64,000 bases of DNA from Eubacteriales bacterium (GCA_045576195.1 JAZNFZ010000071.1:4479-68478), one strand, 5' to 3'; numbered from the stretch's first letter, positions 35,675-46,829 are shown. Made by a program: numbers and translations. The notes: a model not told the origin generated them from the letters alone.

Positions 35675-38386
35675 GTGAAGCGTACCGCATTGCGCATACT
35701 GTCGTTGCTTCTTGCGCTTTTGCTCGGCGGGGTGCTTTCGGCGTCTGCTGCGGCACTGACCCTTGCCACCGCGGGTGAGCCCTCCTTTGCCTCTTCGGTG
35801 GGGAAACGCTTTGTCTTTGCCACGCTCCATGACGATAGCCTCAACACCTACACGGTGGTGGAGGGGGCACCGCTTTTGCTGGATCTTTCCGCAGGGTCGG
35901 TCTTCTCTGCGCCGTCAACGGCGATCCCTTCGGCGGGCGGCAGCAATACGCTTTACCTCTCGCTTGTCAATAAAAGCAATGCCACAAGCCTGACGTTGAC
36001 CTATCATTTTGTCGGTCACAGCACGCAGTCCGAAACGGTTGAGCAGGCGCTGATCGTGGGCAGCGAGGAGGAGCAGCGCTACTATCTTCCTGCCGCCAAC
36101 GTGGATCAAATGACGGGTATTACGGTTGCCTTCCACGGCGAGGAGCCCCTTGAAGGCGATCTTGAGCTGAGGGCGCTTTACAATCTTTCGATTTTTGATG
36201 ATTCGTTTGCGGAGGAGGCCGAGATCGAGATCTGCCAATATCAGGCTGCTACCAATACGGTAGAGATCAGCGGCTCGGTCAGCTACGCCGCTACCGTGCG
36301 CTACGCAGGCGGAACACTGGCACTTTTCGCCATTTCCCCCGATGACAATCTCTACCTCTCAAATCAGACTCCGATCGCACGCACCGGCATCTCCTTTTCC
36401 TTCTCCTTTTCCGTAGAGGCAGACAGCATAGAGGCGCTTTGCAGCCGCTATGTGGTGGCGGCAGTTTCCAAAACGGGAGAGCGTATCCCGCTTTGCCGAC
36501 CGCTTTATCCTGATATTTCTACGGTTTCTGCAGCGTCTCCCGCAGGCTTCAAGGGCTTTCACACCACCGATTATGCCGATGCGCTGATGGCGCACGCGGG
36601 AATGACTGTCGTGGATGTTTATCTTGACCGCCTGGTGGGCAACCAGAACGACGGCATTCTTTATGCGGGTGACCGCTCCTACTATTACTTTGACCGAGAA
36701 TATGTGGGCAAGCTTGACAAGGAGATTCGCAATCTCTCTGCGGGCGGCGGTAGTATCTATCTTCGCTTCCTGATATCCGCCACCGCCAACAATCTCCCCT
36801 TTGCCTCTTATACCGAGAGCTCCGAGGGCATCTGCAACAAGGCTATTTTGGTGAACAGCGACAATGCCATGTATGCGCTTGCGGCCTTTACCGATTTTCT
36901 CACCGCACGTTACGGCAGCACTTCTGCTGTCGGCACGCTTGACGGCATCATTCTCGGAAGGGCAATGAACTCCGCCAACCGCAACAGCTTCGCCACGGTC
37001 AGCAGTCTTTCGGAATACACCGCCTATTACACAGCCGCGCTTTCGCTGATCGCGGGCGTGGCGAGCAAGAATATATCGGATATCGATATGGTCATCCCGC
37101 TTTCCGATAACGGGGGAAGCGATGCAATGTCCGAGGCGGCGCTGGGCGGCGATTATCCTGCCGATCACGCGCTTTATTCGCTGCTCAGGGCGATCAAAGC
37201 CACCTCCCGCACACCCACCGCCTTTACCGTTATGCTGGAATCCACCGCGATGCCCGCGGCTGTTTCGGGCGAGACGGGTGCCGCGCGCGGCATTGACGGG
37301 TTGGCACGGAATATGGATGTGATCAGGGGCCTTGCAGAGAGCTTTTCCTTCCTGGATCAGCATATCATCTACTCCTATACCCCCACCGCGCTTGCGGCAA
37401 CGGAGGACCTGCAGGCAGCCTTTGTTCTGCAGTATGTATACCTCAAGACTCGCCCCGAGGTACTGGCGTTCCTTTCCGACGGGTCGCTTCTTGACGATCA
37501 CGAGCGGAATGCATGGGTCGATGCGATCTCTTATTTTGCCGAAAGGATCGACGCGGGGCGCTTTGATGTGCTTTGCGCACCGATCCTCTCCTACCTTGGT
37601 GTCTCCTCCTTCGGTGAGCTTTATCCGGGTCACCAAAAGGAAGCACTTTACACTCATGACGTGATCTATACCAATCTGACCGAGCAGGGCTATGCATCGG
37701 GCATCACCCCCATCGGCAGCTACTCGCTGTGGAGCTTTTCTCACGCGGTGGGTACGCTGAACTGGTATGCGGGCAGGGATTGCTCCGAGCTTTCGGTGAT
37801 CTCGGGGGATTTCGGCAAGGCGCTGACGGCCTCCCTTCGCTCCTTGGGCGACCGAAAATATGCCGAGATCGGCCATAATTTTACTACAACGGAGAATTAT
37901 TCCTTTGCACCCTATCTTCGCTTTGAGCTTGGCATTAAGGGAAAAGCGAGCACCCCTTATGAGGTACGCGTTCAGCTGATCGGGGAAACCGTGGTCGCCT
38001 ACGGCTCTGCCGTAGTGGAGTCGGGCGAGCTGCAAACGCTTTATCTTGACCTTTCCTCCTGTGCCGAGGGTCTTTCCTCGGTGAGGAGCATGCGTATATC
38101 CGCCCGCCCGTTGGATAGCAGCAGCGCCGATTACAGCCTTTGCCTGCAGTCGGTCACGCTGCAGAGCATCTCGTATAACGACGAGGAGCTGGCCAGGCGC
38201 ATTGCCGAGGAGCGCAAGGAAGGGGAGCCCTCGGATGAAATAAAGGATAATTTCAAGGATCGGACTACCGCGATCATCGTGACCGCAGCGCTGATCGTTT
38301 GCAGCGTGGCGATCGCGGCGGTGCTTGTGGTCAAGCACCACAACGACAAGCGGCAGGAAAAAGCAAGAGAAACCGAACAATCATAG
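35675..38386 (+). CDS. large (~900 aa) exported protein with C-terminal membrane anchor, function unknown
   Basis: GTG at 35675 lies 8 nt after AGGAGG. Signal peptide ends in SASAAA. C-terminal TM AIIVTAALIVCSVAIAAVLVV is followed by a basic tail. No catalytic motif recognised. Confidence 0.65.
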   Translation: MKRTALRILSLLLALLLGGVLSASAAALTLATAGEPSFASSVGKRFVFATLHDDSLNTYTVVEGAPLLLDLSAGSVFSAPSTAIPSAGGSNTLYLSLVNKSNATSLTLTYHFVGHSTQSETVEQALIVGSEEEQRYYLPAANVDQMTGITVAFHGEEPLEGDLELRALYNLSIFDDSFAEEAEIEICQYQAATNTVEISGSVSYAATVRYAGGTLALFAISPDDNLYLSNQTPIARTGISFSFSFSVEADSIEALCSRYVVAAVSKTGERIPLCRPLYPDISTVSAASPAGFKGFHTTDYADALMAHAGMTVVDVYLDRLVGNQNDGILYAGDRSYYYFDREYVGKLDKEIRNLSAGGGSIYLRFLISATANNLPFASYTESSEGICNKAILVNSDNAMYALAAFTDFLTARYGSTSAVGTLDGIILGRAMNSANRNSFATVSSLSEYTAYYTAALSLIAGVASKNISDIDMVIPLSDNGGSDAMSEAALGGDYPADHALYSLLRAIKATSRTPTAFTVMLESTAMPAAVSGETGAARGIDGLARNMDVIRGLAESFSFLDQHIIYSYTPTALAATEDLQAAFVLQYVYLKTRPEVLAFLSDGSLLDDHERNAWVDAISYFAERIDAGRFDVLCAPILSYLGVSSFGELYPGHQKEALYTHDVIYTNLTEQGYASGITPIGSYSLWSFSHAVGTLNWYAGRDCSELSVISGDFGKALTASLRSLGDRKYAEIGHNFTTTENYSFAPYLRFELGIKGKASTPYEVRVQLIGETVVAYGSAVVESGELQTLYLDLSSCAEGLSSVRSMRISARPLDSSSADYSLCLQSVTLQSISYNDEELARRIAEERKEGEPSDEIKDNFKDRTTAIIVTAALIVCSVAIAAVLVVKHHNDKRQEKARETEQS

Positions 38387-38402
38387 CAAGAGGAAGTAAA
38401 AA

Positions 38403-39857
38403 ATGAAACAGGATTTTCAGAATTTGACGATGCTGGTCGATTATTATGAGCTGACCATGGGTAACGGTTATTTTCAAAAGGGCATGAAGGACAAAATTGC
38501 CTATTTTGATGTTTTTTACCGCAAAAATCCCGATGACGGCGGCTTTTCCATTGCCGTCGGCCTTGAGCAGATCGTTTCGTATATCGAGAATCTTCGGTTT
38601 GACGAGGAGGATATTGCCTTTTTGAGAACAAAGGGCATTTTCGATGAGGGATTTTTAAATTATCTGCGCGAATTCCGCTTTACGGGAGATATCTGGGCAG
38701 TGCCCGAGGGAACTGTGGTGTTCCCGGGTGAGCCGCTGCTCACCGTGCGTGCTCCCGCCATTGAGGCGCAGTTTATTGAGACCTATCTTCTGATGGTGAT
38801 GAATCACGAATCGCTGATCGCCACCAAGGCGGCGCGCATTACGCGCGCGGCAAAGGGACGCGCGGTGAGTGAATTTGGCTCAAGACGCGCGCAGGGTGCC
38901 GATGCTGCCGTCCGCGGTGCCCGTGCTGCCTATATCGGTGGCGTCACAAGCACGGCCTGCGCTATTGCGGACGAGGCCTTTGGCGTTCCTGCGAGCGGTA
39001 CGATGGCGCACTCCTGGGTTCAGATGTTTGACAGCGAATATGAAGCCTTCCGCGCGTATTGTGAGATCTACCCGCACAACGCCACGCTATTGATCGACAC
39101 CTACAACGTTCTGGAATCGGGCCTGCCCAATGCGATCCGCGCCTTCCGCGAGGTGCTGCTGCCGCAAGGAATTACCAACTGCGCCGTCCGCATCGACTCG
39201 GGTGACATTGCCTACCTTTCCTGCAAGATCAGAGAGGTGCTCGACGAGGCGGGACTCGTCGACTGCAAGATCGTGGCCTCCAACTCGCTCGATGAGTATA
39301 TCATTCGCGGCTTGCTGCATCAGGGAGCTAAGATCGATGCCTTTGGCGTGGGTGAGCGACTGATCACCGCCAAGAGCGACCCTGTATTCGGCGGCGTTTA
39401 TAAGCTTTGCGCCGTTGAGGATGAGGAGGGGAATATCATCCCCAAGATCAAGCTGAGTGAGAATGTGGGTAAGATCACCACGCCTCATTTCAAAAAGGTC
39501 TACCGTCTGTTTGATAAAAAGACGGGAAAGGCCGAGGCCGATCTCATCTGTCTGCACGATGAGGTGGTGGACGACAGCGAGCCGCTGGAAATTTTTGACC
39601 CCGAAAACACATGGAAAACAAAGACGCTGACAAGCTTTTTAGCCAAGGAGCTTCTGGTGCCCGTCTTCCGCGGCGGCAAGCTGGTCTATCAGCTGCCTAC
39701 GCTTGCTGAGGTGCGGGCGCATTGCCGCGCATCTCTTGATTCGATGTGGGAGGAGGTCAAGCGCTTTGACAATCCTCACAACTATTATGTGGATCTCTCG
39801 AAAAAGCTTTGGGATCTGAAATACGGTATGATCAAAACACAGCGCCACCGCAAATAA
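38403..39857 (+). CDS. pncB: nicotinate phosphoribosyltransferase
   Basis: 484 aa. N-terminus MLVDYYELTMGNGYF and motifs GSRRAQG and SGTMAHSWV. Confidence 0.9.
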   Translation: MKQDFQNLTMLVDYYELTMGNGYFQKGMKDKIAYFDVFYRKNPDDGGFSIAVGLEQIVSYIENLRFDEEDIAFLRTKGIFDEGFLNYLREFRFTGDIWAVPEGTVVFPGEPLLTVRAPAIEAQFIETYLLMVMNHESLIATKAARITRAAKGRAVSEFGSRRAQGADAAVRGARAAYIGGVTSTACAIADEAFGVPASGTMAHSWVQMFDSEYEAFRAYCEIYPHNATLLIDTYNVLESGLPNAIRAFREVLLPQGITNCAVRIDSGDIAYLSCKIREVLDEAGLVDCKIVASNSLDEYIIRGLLHQGAKIDAFGVGERLITAKSDPVFGGVYKLCAVEDEEGNIIPKIKLSENVGKITTPHFKKVYRLFDKKTGKAEADLICLHDEVVDDSEPLEIFDPENTWKTKTLTSFLAKELLVPVFRGGKLVYQLPTLAEVRAHCRASLDSMWEEVKRFDNPHNYYVDLSKKLWDLKYGMIKTQRHRK

Positions 39858-39876
39858 TATTGTGAAATTTGACAAG

Positions 39877-39909
39877 AATCCGCCCCTAAAACAGGGGCGG
39901 ATTTGTTTG
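39877..39909 (+). terminator. rho-independent terminator after pncB
   Basis: 11-bp stem AATCCGCCCCT/AGGGGCGGATT, 5-nt loop, then TTTGTTTG. Confidence 0.85.
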
Positions 39910-39928
39910 TCAAAAGCTGAGTTTCCTC

Positions 39929-39957
39929 TTGACATAAAACATTATTTATGATATACT
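39929..39957 (+). promoter_or_regulatory. sigma-A-type promoter TTGACA-17-TATACT for the pyrimidine operon
   Basis: Consensus -35 at 39929-39934 and -10 at 39952-39957. Confidence 0.7.
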
Positions 39958-40056
39958 ATATCGGATAAGAATGACACGCGGCAGCGCGTGGGCTTTGAAA
40001 ATGCTGGCAGGCCCTTGCTTGCCCGCACAGCTTTTAGAACAGAAGGGAGACGCTTT

Positions 40057-41286
40057 ATGAAGGGAACTGTGAAGCAAATGTTTCAGAAAGCGAATACCGC
40101 ATTTCTCTCCGAGGCAGAATTGTCCTTGGTCGCTTCTTTCTTTTCCAACTCTCCCGCTCTCTCCCTTGACTGTGAAAATTATTTGATTTTACCCGGCTTT
40201 TGCGATGTGCATGTTCACTTTCGCGAGCCGGGCTTTTCTTATAAAGAAACGATCGCATCAGGCTGTGCAGCGGCGGCACGAGGCGGCTATACGGCTGTTT
40301 GCACCATGCCAAACCTTGACCCCGTGCCTGATAGTGTGGAGCATCTTTCCGAGCAGCTGGCGCTGATCGAACAGCAATCATTGATCCACGTATATCCTTA
40401 CGGTGCGATCACGGTGGGGCAAAAGGGAGAAAGGCTGGCCGATCTTGGGGGGATGGCACCTCTGGTGGCGGGCTACTCGGATGACGGGCGCGGTGTGCAA
40501 AGCGATGAGATGATGCGCGCGGCAATGCTTCGCGCCAAGGAGCTTGGCAAGATCATTGTGGCGCATTGCGAGGTCAACGACCTCCTTCACGGCGGCTATA
40601 TCCATGACGGTAAATATGCGGCAGCACACGGCCACCGCGGCATCTGCTCGGAAAGCGAGTGGGTGCAGATCGAGCGTGATCTGAGGTTGGTGGAGGAGAT
40701 CGGCTGTGCGTATCACGTGTGTCATATCTCCACCAAGGAGAGCGTGGCGCTGATTCGCGCCGCTAAGGCGCGCGGTGTGAATGTCACCTGCGAAACCGGC
40801 CCTCACTATCTGGTGATGGACGACGGCGACCTGCAGGAGCACGGACGCTTTAAGATGAATCCCCCCTTGCGCGACGCCACCGACAGGGAAGCGCTGTTGG
40901 AGGGACTTCTGGACGGTACGATCGATTGTATCGCTACCGATCACGCGCCCCACAGCGCAGAGGAAAAATCGCGGGGCCTTGCGAAAAGTGCCTTTGGCGT
41001 GGTCGGCCTTGAAACGGCGTTCCCCGTTCTTTACACCGATCTGATAAAGACGGGCAGGGTGCCCCTCTTGCGTGTGGTCGATGCTCTTTGTGCGGCACCG
41101 CGAAGGCGTTTTGGCATTCCTTTCGACGGATTTTCTGTGTGGGATCTTTCAGCCCGCGAGGTGGTGGACCCCGAAAGGTTCCTTTCAAAGGGCAGGGCAA
41201 CGCCCTTTGAAGGGAAGCAGGTGTTTGGTAAAAATATGCTGACGGTGTGTGGCGGCAAGGCTGTATATCGTGCGGACAACGAATAA
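40057..41286 (+). CDS. pyrC: dihydroorotase
   Basis: PGFCDVHVHFREPG metal-binding motif and DHAPH motif. ATG at 40057 after GAAGGGAG. Confidence 0.9.
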   Translation: MKGTVKQMFQKANTAFLSEAELSLVASFFSNSPALSLDCENYLILPGFCDVHVHFREPGFSYKETIASGCAAAARGGYTAVCTMPNLDPVPDSVEHLSEQLALIEQQSLIHVYPYGAITVGQKGERLADLGGMAPLVAGYSDDGRGVQSDEMMRAAMLRAKELGKIIVAHCEVNDLLHGGYIHDGKYAAAHGHRGICSESEWVQIERDLRLVEEIGCAYHVCHISTKESVALIRAAKARGVNVTCETGPHYLVMDDGDLQEHGRFKMNPPLRDATDREALLEGLLDGTIDCIATDHAPHSAEEKSRGLAKSAFGVVGLETAFPVLYTDLIKTGRVPLLRVVDALCAAPRRRFGIPFDGFSVWDLSAREVVDPERFLSKGRATPFEGKQVFGKNMLTVCGGKAVYRADNE

Positions 41287-41302
41287 AGCGGAGGATAAAA
41301 AA

Positions 41303-44300
41303 ATGGCAAAAAGAACGGATTTGAAAAAGATTTTGATCATCGGCTCCGGTCCTATCGTGATCGGACAAGCCGCAGAATTTGACTATGCAGGCACGCAAGC
41401 CTGCCTTGCTCTCAAGGAGGAGGGCTATGAGGTGGTGCTGTGCAACTCCAACCCTGCTACCATTATGACCGATACCACCATTGCCGACAAGGTTTATATG
41501 GAGCCTTTGACCCTTGAGTTTGTGGCACGTATCCTTCGCTACGAGCGCCCCGACGCGATCTTGCCCGGCATCGGCGGACAGACAGGCCTCAATCTTGCCA
41601 TGCAGCTGGAAAAGAAGGGTGTTCTCAAGGAGTGCCGCGTAGAGCTGCTGGGTACCAGCAGCGAGTCGATCGAGCGCGCCGAGGACAGAGAGCTTTTCAA
41701 GGAGCTTTGCCAGTCGATCGGCGAGCCCGTCATCCCCTCTGAGATCACATACAGCATCGAGGAGGCCAAGGAGGCGGCTGAGCGCATCGGCTACCCCGTA
41801 GTGCTTCGTCCCGCATTCACACTGGGCGGCACGGGCGGCGGCTTTGCCTATAACGAGGAGGAGCTGACGGAGATCGGTCTCAATGCCTTCAAGCTCTCTC
41901 CCGTACACCAGGTTCTGATCGAGAAATCGGTAAAGGGCTATAAGGAGATCGAATTTGAGGTCATGCGCGACGGCAACGACCACGCCATTACCATTTGCGG
42001 TATGGAGAACGTGGACCCCGTTGGCGTTCACACGGGTGACTCCATTGTGGTGGCTCCTATCCTCACCCTCTCCGAGGCGGAGAAAAAGAAGCTCAACGAC
42101 TCTGCCATTAAGATCATTCGTGAACTGAAGATCGAGGGTGGCTGCAACGTGCAGTTTGCGCTGCATCCCACCTCTGGCGAGTACTATCTCATCGAGGTCA
42201 ACCCCCGCGTTTCGAGATCCTCGGCGCTGGCCTCAAAGGCTTCGGGCTATCCCATCGCGCGTGTCACGGCCAAGATCGCCGTGGGTATGTCGCTGGAGGA
42301 GATCAAGATCGCCAACACCACTGCTGCCTTCGAGCCCAGCCTTGACTATATCATTTCCAAGCTGCCCCGCTTCCCGTTCGATAAATTTACCTCTGCCTCC
42401 AACCTTCTCGGAACGCAGATGAAGGCAACGGGTGAGGTCATGGGCATCGGCAGCACGCTGGAGGAGGCGCTGCTCAAGGGTATTCGCTCCCTTGAGATCG
42501 GTGTCAACCACCTCTATCATTCGAAATTTGACAATATGAGCAAGGAGGAAATGCTAGAATATATCAAGCTCTTCCACTCGGACAACCTCTTTGCCATTGC
42601 CGAGCTGCTCTATCACGGCGTTTCGGTGGAGGAGATCCACCAAATCACCGAGATAACGCCTTACTTCCTTGAAGCCATCAAAAACATCATTGATATGGAG
42701 GAAAAGCTTCGTGTCAATGTGTTTGACTTTGAGCTGCTGAAGGCCGCCAAAAGGATGGGCTTTAGCGACAAATACGTGGCCAGAATGTGGAAGACCACCG
42801 AGCTTGAGGTCTGCCGCTTCCGCAAGGAGCGCGGGCTCTCTCCCGCCTTCCGTATGGTGGACACCTGCCACACCAATGCTTATATTCCGTATTTCTACTC
42901 CTCTTACACGGGTGAAAACGACTCCAAGCTGACAGAGAAGAAGAAGGTGGTGGTGTTGGGTGCAGGCCCCATCCGCATCGGCCAGGGCGTGGAATTTGAC
43001 TATTCCACGGTGCACGCCGTCCAGACCATCAAGCGCGCGGGCTATGAGGCCATCATCATCAACAACAACCCCGAAACCGTTTCTACCGACTATACCACCG
43101 CCGATAAGCTTTATTTCGAGCCTCTCACGCCCGAGGATGTGATGAACATCATCGATTTTGAGAAGCCCGAGGGCGTGATCGCATCCCTTGGCGGACAAAC
43201 AGCGATCAATCTCGCCCAGCCCTTGATGGAGCGCGGCGTAAAGATCATCGGCACCGACTGCGCAGCCATTGACAGAGCAGAGAATCGAGATGCCTTTGAA
43301 AAGCTGCTGCGCGATCTTGACATTCCCCAGCCCAAGGGTCACGCCGTGACCCGGATCGAGGACGGCATCAAGGCTGCCGCCGAGATCGGCTATCCCGTTC
43401 TGGTGCGCCCCTCCTTTGTGCTGGGTGGCCGTGCGATGCAGATCGTAGGCAACGAGGAGCAGCTCCGCCACTATTTGAAAACTGCGGTGGAGATCGACGA
43501 GGACAAGCCTGTTCTGGTTGACAAGTATATTCAGGGCAAAGAGGTGGAGGTCGATGCCATTTGCGACGGCCGCGATGTCTTTGTGCCCGGCATTATGGAG
43601 CTTGTTGAGCGCACGGGCGTTCACTCGGGTGACTCGATCAGCGTTTATCCTTCGTTCAGTATCTCCGATAAGGTCAAGGGCATTATTTTACAGTATGCCA
43701 AAAAGCTCGGCCTCGGCATCGGCATTGTCGGGCTTTTCAACATTCAGTTTATCGTGGACGAGAAGGAGGATGTCTATATCATCGAGGTCAATCCTCGCTC
43801 CTCGCGCACCGTACCGTTCCTTTCGAAAGCAACAGGTTATAGCCTTGCCGATATTGCAACCGAGGTTATTCTGGGCAAGAGCCTCAAGGAGCAGGGAATC
43901 TTTGATATTTATCCTGCCGAAAAGAACCGCTGGTACGTGAAAGTACCTGTGTTTTCCTTCAACAAGCTGCGTGGCCTTGATGCCTATCTCTCGCCTGAAA
44001 TGAAATCCACGGGCGAGGCCATCGGCTACGATGACAAGCTCAATCGCGCACTTTACAAGGCACTGCAGGCAGGTGGAACCCATCTGCAGAATTACGGCAC
44101 TGTGCTTGCCACCATTGCCGATAAGGATAAGGAGGAGGCTCTGCCCCTCATTCGCCGTTTCTATAACCTTGGCTTTAACATTGAGGCGACCGAGGGAACG
44201 GCCAAATTCCTCAAGCAAAACGGTATTCGTACCCGCGTTCTGAAGAAGATCAGTGACGGTAGTGATGAGATCATTGATTCGATCCGTCAGGGCCATATCG

Positions 44301-44476
44301 CTTATGTGTTGAATACGCGTGACATCGGCTCAGGCGGTCAGGCTTCCGACGGTGCGGAGATCCGCATGGCTGCAACCGAAAACAATGTTACCATCTTTAC
44401 CGCAATGGATACGGTTCGCGTGCTGCTTGACGTTTTGGAAGAAACCACGCTTCGCGTGTCGACCATTGATTCTTAA
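41303..44476 (+). CDS. carB: carbamoyl-phosphate synthase large subunit
   Basis: MAKRTDLKKILIIGSGPIVIGQAAEFDY, duplicated ATP-grasp halves, and a C-terminal MGS-like domain. ATG at 41303. Confidence 0.97.
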   Translation: MAKRTDLKKILIIGSGPIVIGQAAEFDYAGTQACLALKEEGYEVVLCNSNPATIMTDTTIADKVYMEPLTLEFVARILRYERPDAILPGIGGQTGLNLAMQLEKKGVLKECRVELLGTSSESIERAEDRELFKELCQSIGEPVIPSEITYSIEEAKEAAERIGYPVVLRPAFTLGGTGGGFAYNEEELTEIGLNAFKLSPVHQVLIEKSVKGYKEIEFEVMRDGNDHAITICGMENVDPVGVHTGDSIVVAPILTLSEAEKKKLNDSAIKIIRELKIEGGCNVQFALHPTSGEYYLIEVNPRVSRSSALASKASGYPIARVTAKIAVGMSLEEIKIANTTAAFEPSLDYIISKLPRFPFDKFTSASNLLGTQMKATGEVMGIGSTLEEALLKGIRSLEIGVNHLYHSKFDNMSKEEMLEYIKLFHSDNLFAIAELLYHGVSVEEIHQITEITPYFLEAIKNIIDMEEKLRVNVFDFELLKAAKRMGFSDKYVARMWKTTELEVCRFRKERGLSPAFRMVDTCHTNAYIPYFYSSYTGENDSKLTEKKKVVVLGAGPIRIGQGVEFDYSTVHAVQTIKRAGYEAIIINNNPETVSTDYTTADKLYFEPLTPEDVMNIIDFEKPEGVIASLGGQTAINLAQPLMERGVKIIGTDCAAIDRAENRDAFEKLLRDLDIPQPKGHAVTRIEDGIKAAAEIGYPVLVRPSFVLGGRAMQIVGNEEQLRHYLKTAVEIDEDKPVLVDKYIQGKEVEVDAICDGRDVFVPGIMELVERTGVHSGDSISVYPSFSISDKVKGIILQYAKKLGLGIGIVGLFNIQFIVDEKEDVYIIEVNPRSSRTVPFLSKATGYSLADIATEVILGKSLKEQGIFDIYPAEKNRWYVKVPVFSFNKLRGLDAYLSPEMKSTGEAIGYDDKLNRALYKALQAGGTHLQNYGTVLATIADKDKEEALPLIRRFYNLGFNIEATEGTAKFLKQNGIRTRVLKKISDGSDEIIDSIRQGHIAYVLNTRDIGSGGQASDGAEIRMAATENNVTIFTAMDTVRVLLDVLEETTLRVSTIDS

Positions 44477-44497
44477 TAAAACCGAAAAGGAGAAGCT

Positions 44498-45232
44498 ATG
44501 AAGCAGGGTTTTTTTGAGATCCTTACAAACGAAGCTCTTACACAAGATGTCTTTCGTATGGTGCTGAAGGGCGATACCTCTGCCATAACTGCATCGGGGC
44601 AATTTGTGAACATCAAGCTGAACGGCTTTTTCCTGCGCCGCCCGATCTCGGTGTGTGATTGTACCGATGGCGAGCTTACCATCATCTATAAGGTGGTGGG
44701 AGAGGGAACTCTGCAGATGAGCAAAATGCAAATAGGCGAAGTTCTTGATGTTTTAACAGGGCTCGGCAACGGCTACGACACCAAAATGTCGGGCGAAGCC
44801 CCTCTGCTGCTTGGCGGCGGTGTCGGCGTTCCTCCGCTTTATATGCTTGCCAAGCAATTGATCGCGCAGGGCAAGCGGGTTTCGGTGATTCTTGGCTTTA
44901 ACAAAAAAAGCGAGGTCTTTTACGAAAAGGAGTTTCGTTCGCTGGGCGCGGATGTGACCGTTACCACGGTGGATGGCTCTTATGGCGTGCGCGGCTTTGT
45001 CACCGATGCGCTCCCCGCCTCGTATTCCTATTTTTACACCTGCGGCCCCGAGCCGATGCTGAAGGCGGTATATCGCGCCACCACTACGCAGGGTGAGCTC
45101 AGCTTTGAGGAGCGTATGGGCTGCGGCTTTGGTGCCTGCATGGGCTGCTCCTGCAAAACGTTGACGGGCTACAAGCGCATTTGCAAGGATGGCCCCGTTA
45201 TGAAGAAGGAGGAGATCTTATGGGAAAATTAA
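44498..45232 (+). CDS. pyrK: dihydroorotate dehydrogenase B electron-transfer subunit
   Basis: FAD/NAD-binding fold. C-terminal 2Fe-2S motif MGCGFGACMGCSC. Confidence 0.9.
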   Translation: MKQGFFEILTNEALTQDVFRMVLKGDTSAITASGQFVNIKLNGFFLRRPISVCDCTDGELTIIYKVVGEGTLQMSKMQIGEVLDVLTGLGNGYDTKMSGEAPLLLGGGVGVPPLYMLAKQLIAQGKRVSVILGFNKKSEVFYEKEFRSLGADVTVTTVDGSYGVRGFVTDALPASYSYFYTCGPEPMLKAVYRATTTQGELSFEERMGCGFGACMGCSCKTLTGYKRICKDGPVMKKEEILWEN

Positions 45233-46131
45233 GTGTAACCCTTTGCGGCATTGAGCTTGATAATCCCGTGATCCCCGCCAGCGGCACATTTGGCTACGGA
45301 TATGAGTTTGCGGAGCTTTATGACATCAACGAGCTTGGCACCTTTTCCTTCAAGGGCACAACAAGGGAGCCTCGTTTCGGAAATCCCACTCCTCGTATTG
45401 CGGAGTGCTATGCGGGGATGATCAATGCCGTAGGACTTCAGAACCCCGGTGTTGACAAGGTGATCTCCGAGGAGCTTCCCAAAATGGCAAAATGCTTTCA
45501 CAAGCCCGTTATGGCAAATGTCAGCGGCTTTTCGGTAGAGGATTATGCCTATACCTGCGAGCGCTTGGATGCCTGCGAGCAGGTGGGGTGGCTTGAGGTC
45601 AATGTCAGCTGCCCCAATGTGCACGGCGGCGGAATGAGCTTTGGCACCTCTCCCGAGGCTGCTGCCGAGGTGACCGCTGCAGTGAAAAAGATAACCAAAA
45701 AGCCCGTGATCATCAAGCTCTCGCCCAACGTGACCGACATCGTTTCCATCGCCAAGGCGTGTGAGGCGGCGGGTGCGGACGGCATCAGCCTGATCAACAC
45801 GATGCTTGGCATGAGAATTGATCTGAAGAGCCGTCGACCCGTGATCGCCAACAAAATGGGAGGCTTCTCCGGCCCTGCCATTTTCCCCGTGGCGGTGCGG
45901 ATGGTCTATCAGGTCGCACACGCGGTGAAGATCCCCGTTGTGGGAATGGGCGGCGTTTCAACGGCTGAAAATGTAATTGAGATGATGCTGGCAGGCGCTA
46001 CCGCCGTGGAGATTGGAGCGGCAAACCTTGTGGATCCCTTTGCCAGCCGCGATATCGTGCGCGAGCTGCCAAGGGTAATGGAGCGTTACGGCATAAAAAC
46101 ACTGCGTGAAATCATAGGAGGATGTAACTGA
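45220..46131 (+). CDS. pyrD: dihydroorotate dehydrogenase B catalytic subunit
   Basis: [16 protein letters not shown]-terminus and GGISGPAI-like [10 protein letters not shown] motif. ATG at 45220 overlaps the pyrK end. Confidence 0.93.
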   Translation: MGKLSVTLCGIELDNPVIPASGTFGYGYEFAELYDINELGTFSFKGTTREPRFGNPTPRIAECYAGMINAVGLQNPGVDKVISEELPKMAKCFHKPVMANVSGFSVEDYAYTCERLDACEQVGWLEVNVSCPNVHGGGMSFGTSPEAAAEVTAAVKKITKKPVIIKLSPNVTDIVSIAKACEAAGADGISLINTMLGMRIDLKSRRPVIANKMGGFSGPAIFPVAVRMVYQVAHAVKIPVVGMGGVSTAENVIEMMLAGATAVEIGAANLVDPFASRDIVRELPRVMERYGIKTLREIIGGCN

Positions 46132-46829
46132 TGGGAAGGGACGTTATTATTGCTTGCGATTTTGACAGCAAGGAAAAGGTATTTGGCTTTTTGGATCTCT
46201 TTACCGAGGAAAAGCCCTTTGTCAAGATCGGTATGGAGCTTTACTATGCCGAGGGACCTGAAATTGTGAAGGAGATCAAGCGTCGCGGACATAAGATCTT
46301 TCTTGATCTGAAGCTGCACGACATTCCCAACACCGTGAAAAAGTCCATGGCGGTGCTCTCGCGCCTTGATGTGGATATGACCAACCTGCACGCCGCAGGA
46401 ACGGGACGTATGATGGAGGCTGCGATCGAGGGACTGACCAGACCTGACGGCACCCGCCCTATGCTCATCGCCGTGACTCAGCTTACCTCTACCGATGAGG
46501 AAACGATGAAGGCGGACCTGCTGATCAACGAGCCGATTGACAAGGTAGTGATGCATTATGCTGCCAATGCCAAAAAATCGGGACTTGACGGCGTGGTTTG
46601 CTCGCCCCTTGAAGCAGGCAAGGTGCATGACACCTGCGGCAAGGATTTTGTGACGGTGACCCCCGGTGTGCGCTTTGCCGACGGTGATATCGGCGACCAG
46701 AAGCGCGTGATGACCCCTGCCGCCGCCAAGGAGATCGGCTCGGATTACATTGTGGTGGGCAGACCCATCACTGCCGCAGAGGATCCTGTGGCTGCTTATC
46801 GCCGTTGCGTGGCAGAATTTGTCGGTTGA
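46131..46829 (+). CDS. pyrF: orotidine 5'-phosphate decarboxylase
   Basis: [12 protein letters not shown] motif. ATG overlaps the pyrD stop (TGATG). Confidence 0.93.
   Translation: MGRDVIIACDFDSKEKVFGFLDLFTEEKPFVKIGMELYYAEGPEIVKEIKRRGHKIFLDLKLHDIPNTVKKSMAVLSRLDVDMTNLHAAGTGRMMEAAIEGLTRPDGTRPMLIAVTQLTSTDEETMKADLLINEPIDKVVMHYAANAKKSGLDGVVCSPLEAGKVHDTCGKDFVTVTPGVRFADGDIGDQKRVMTPAAAKEIGSDYIVVGRPITAAEDPVAAYRRCVAEFVG

Noticed and set aside
39958-40056. Possible PyrR-binding attenuator in the pyr operon leader
   Set aside because: I found no CCAGAGAGG-like purine-rich loop and no convincing terminator/antiterminator pair followed by a T-run. It is kept only as an unexplained leader.
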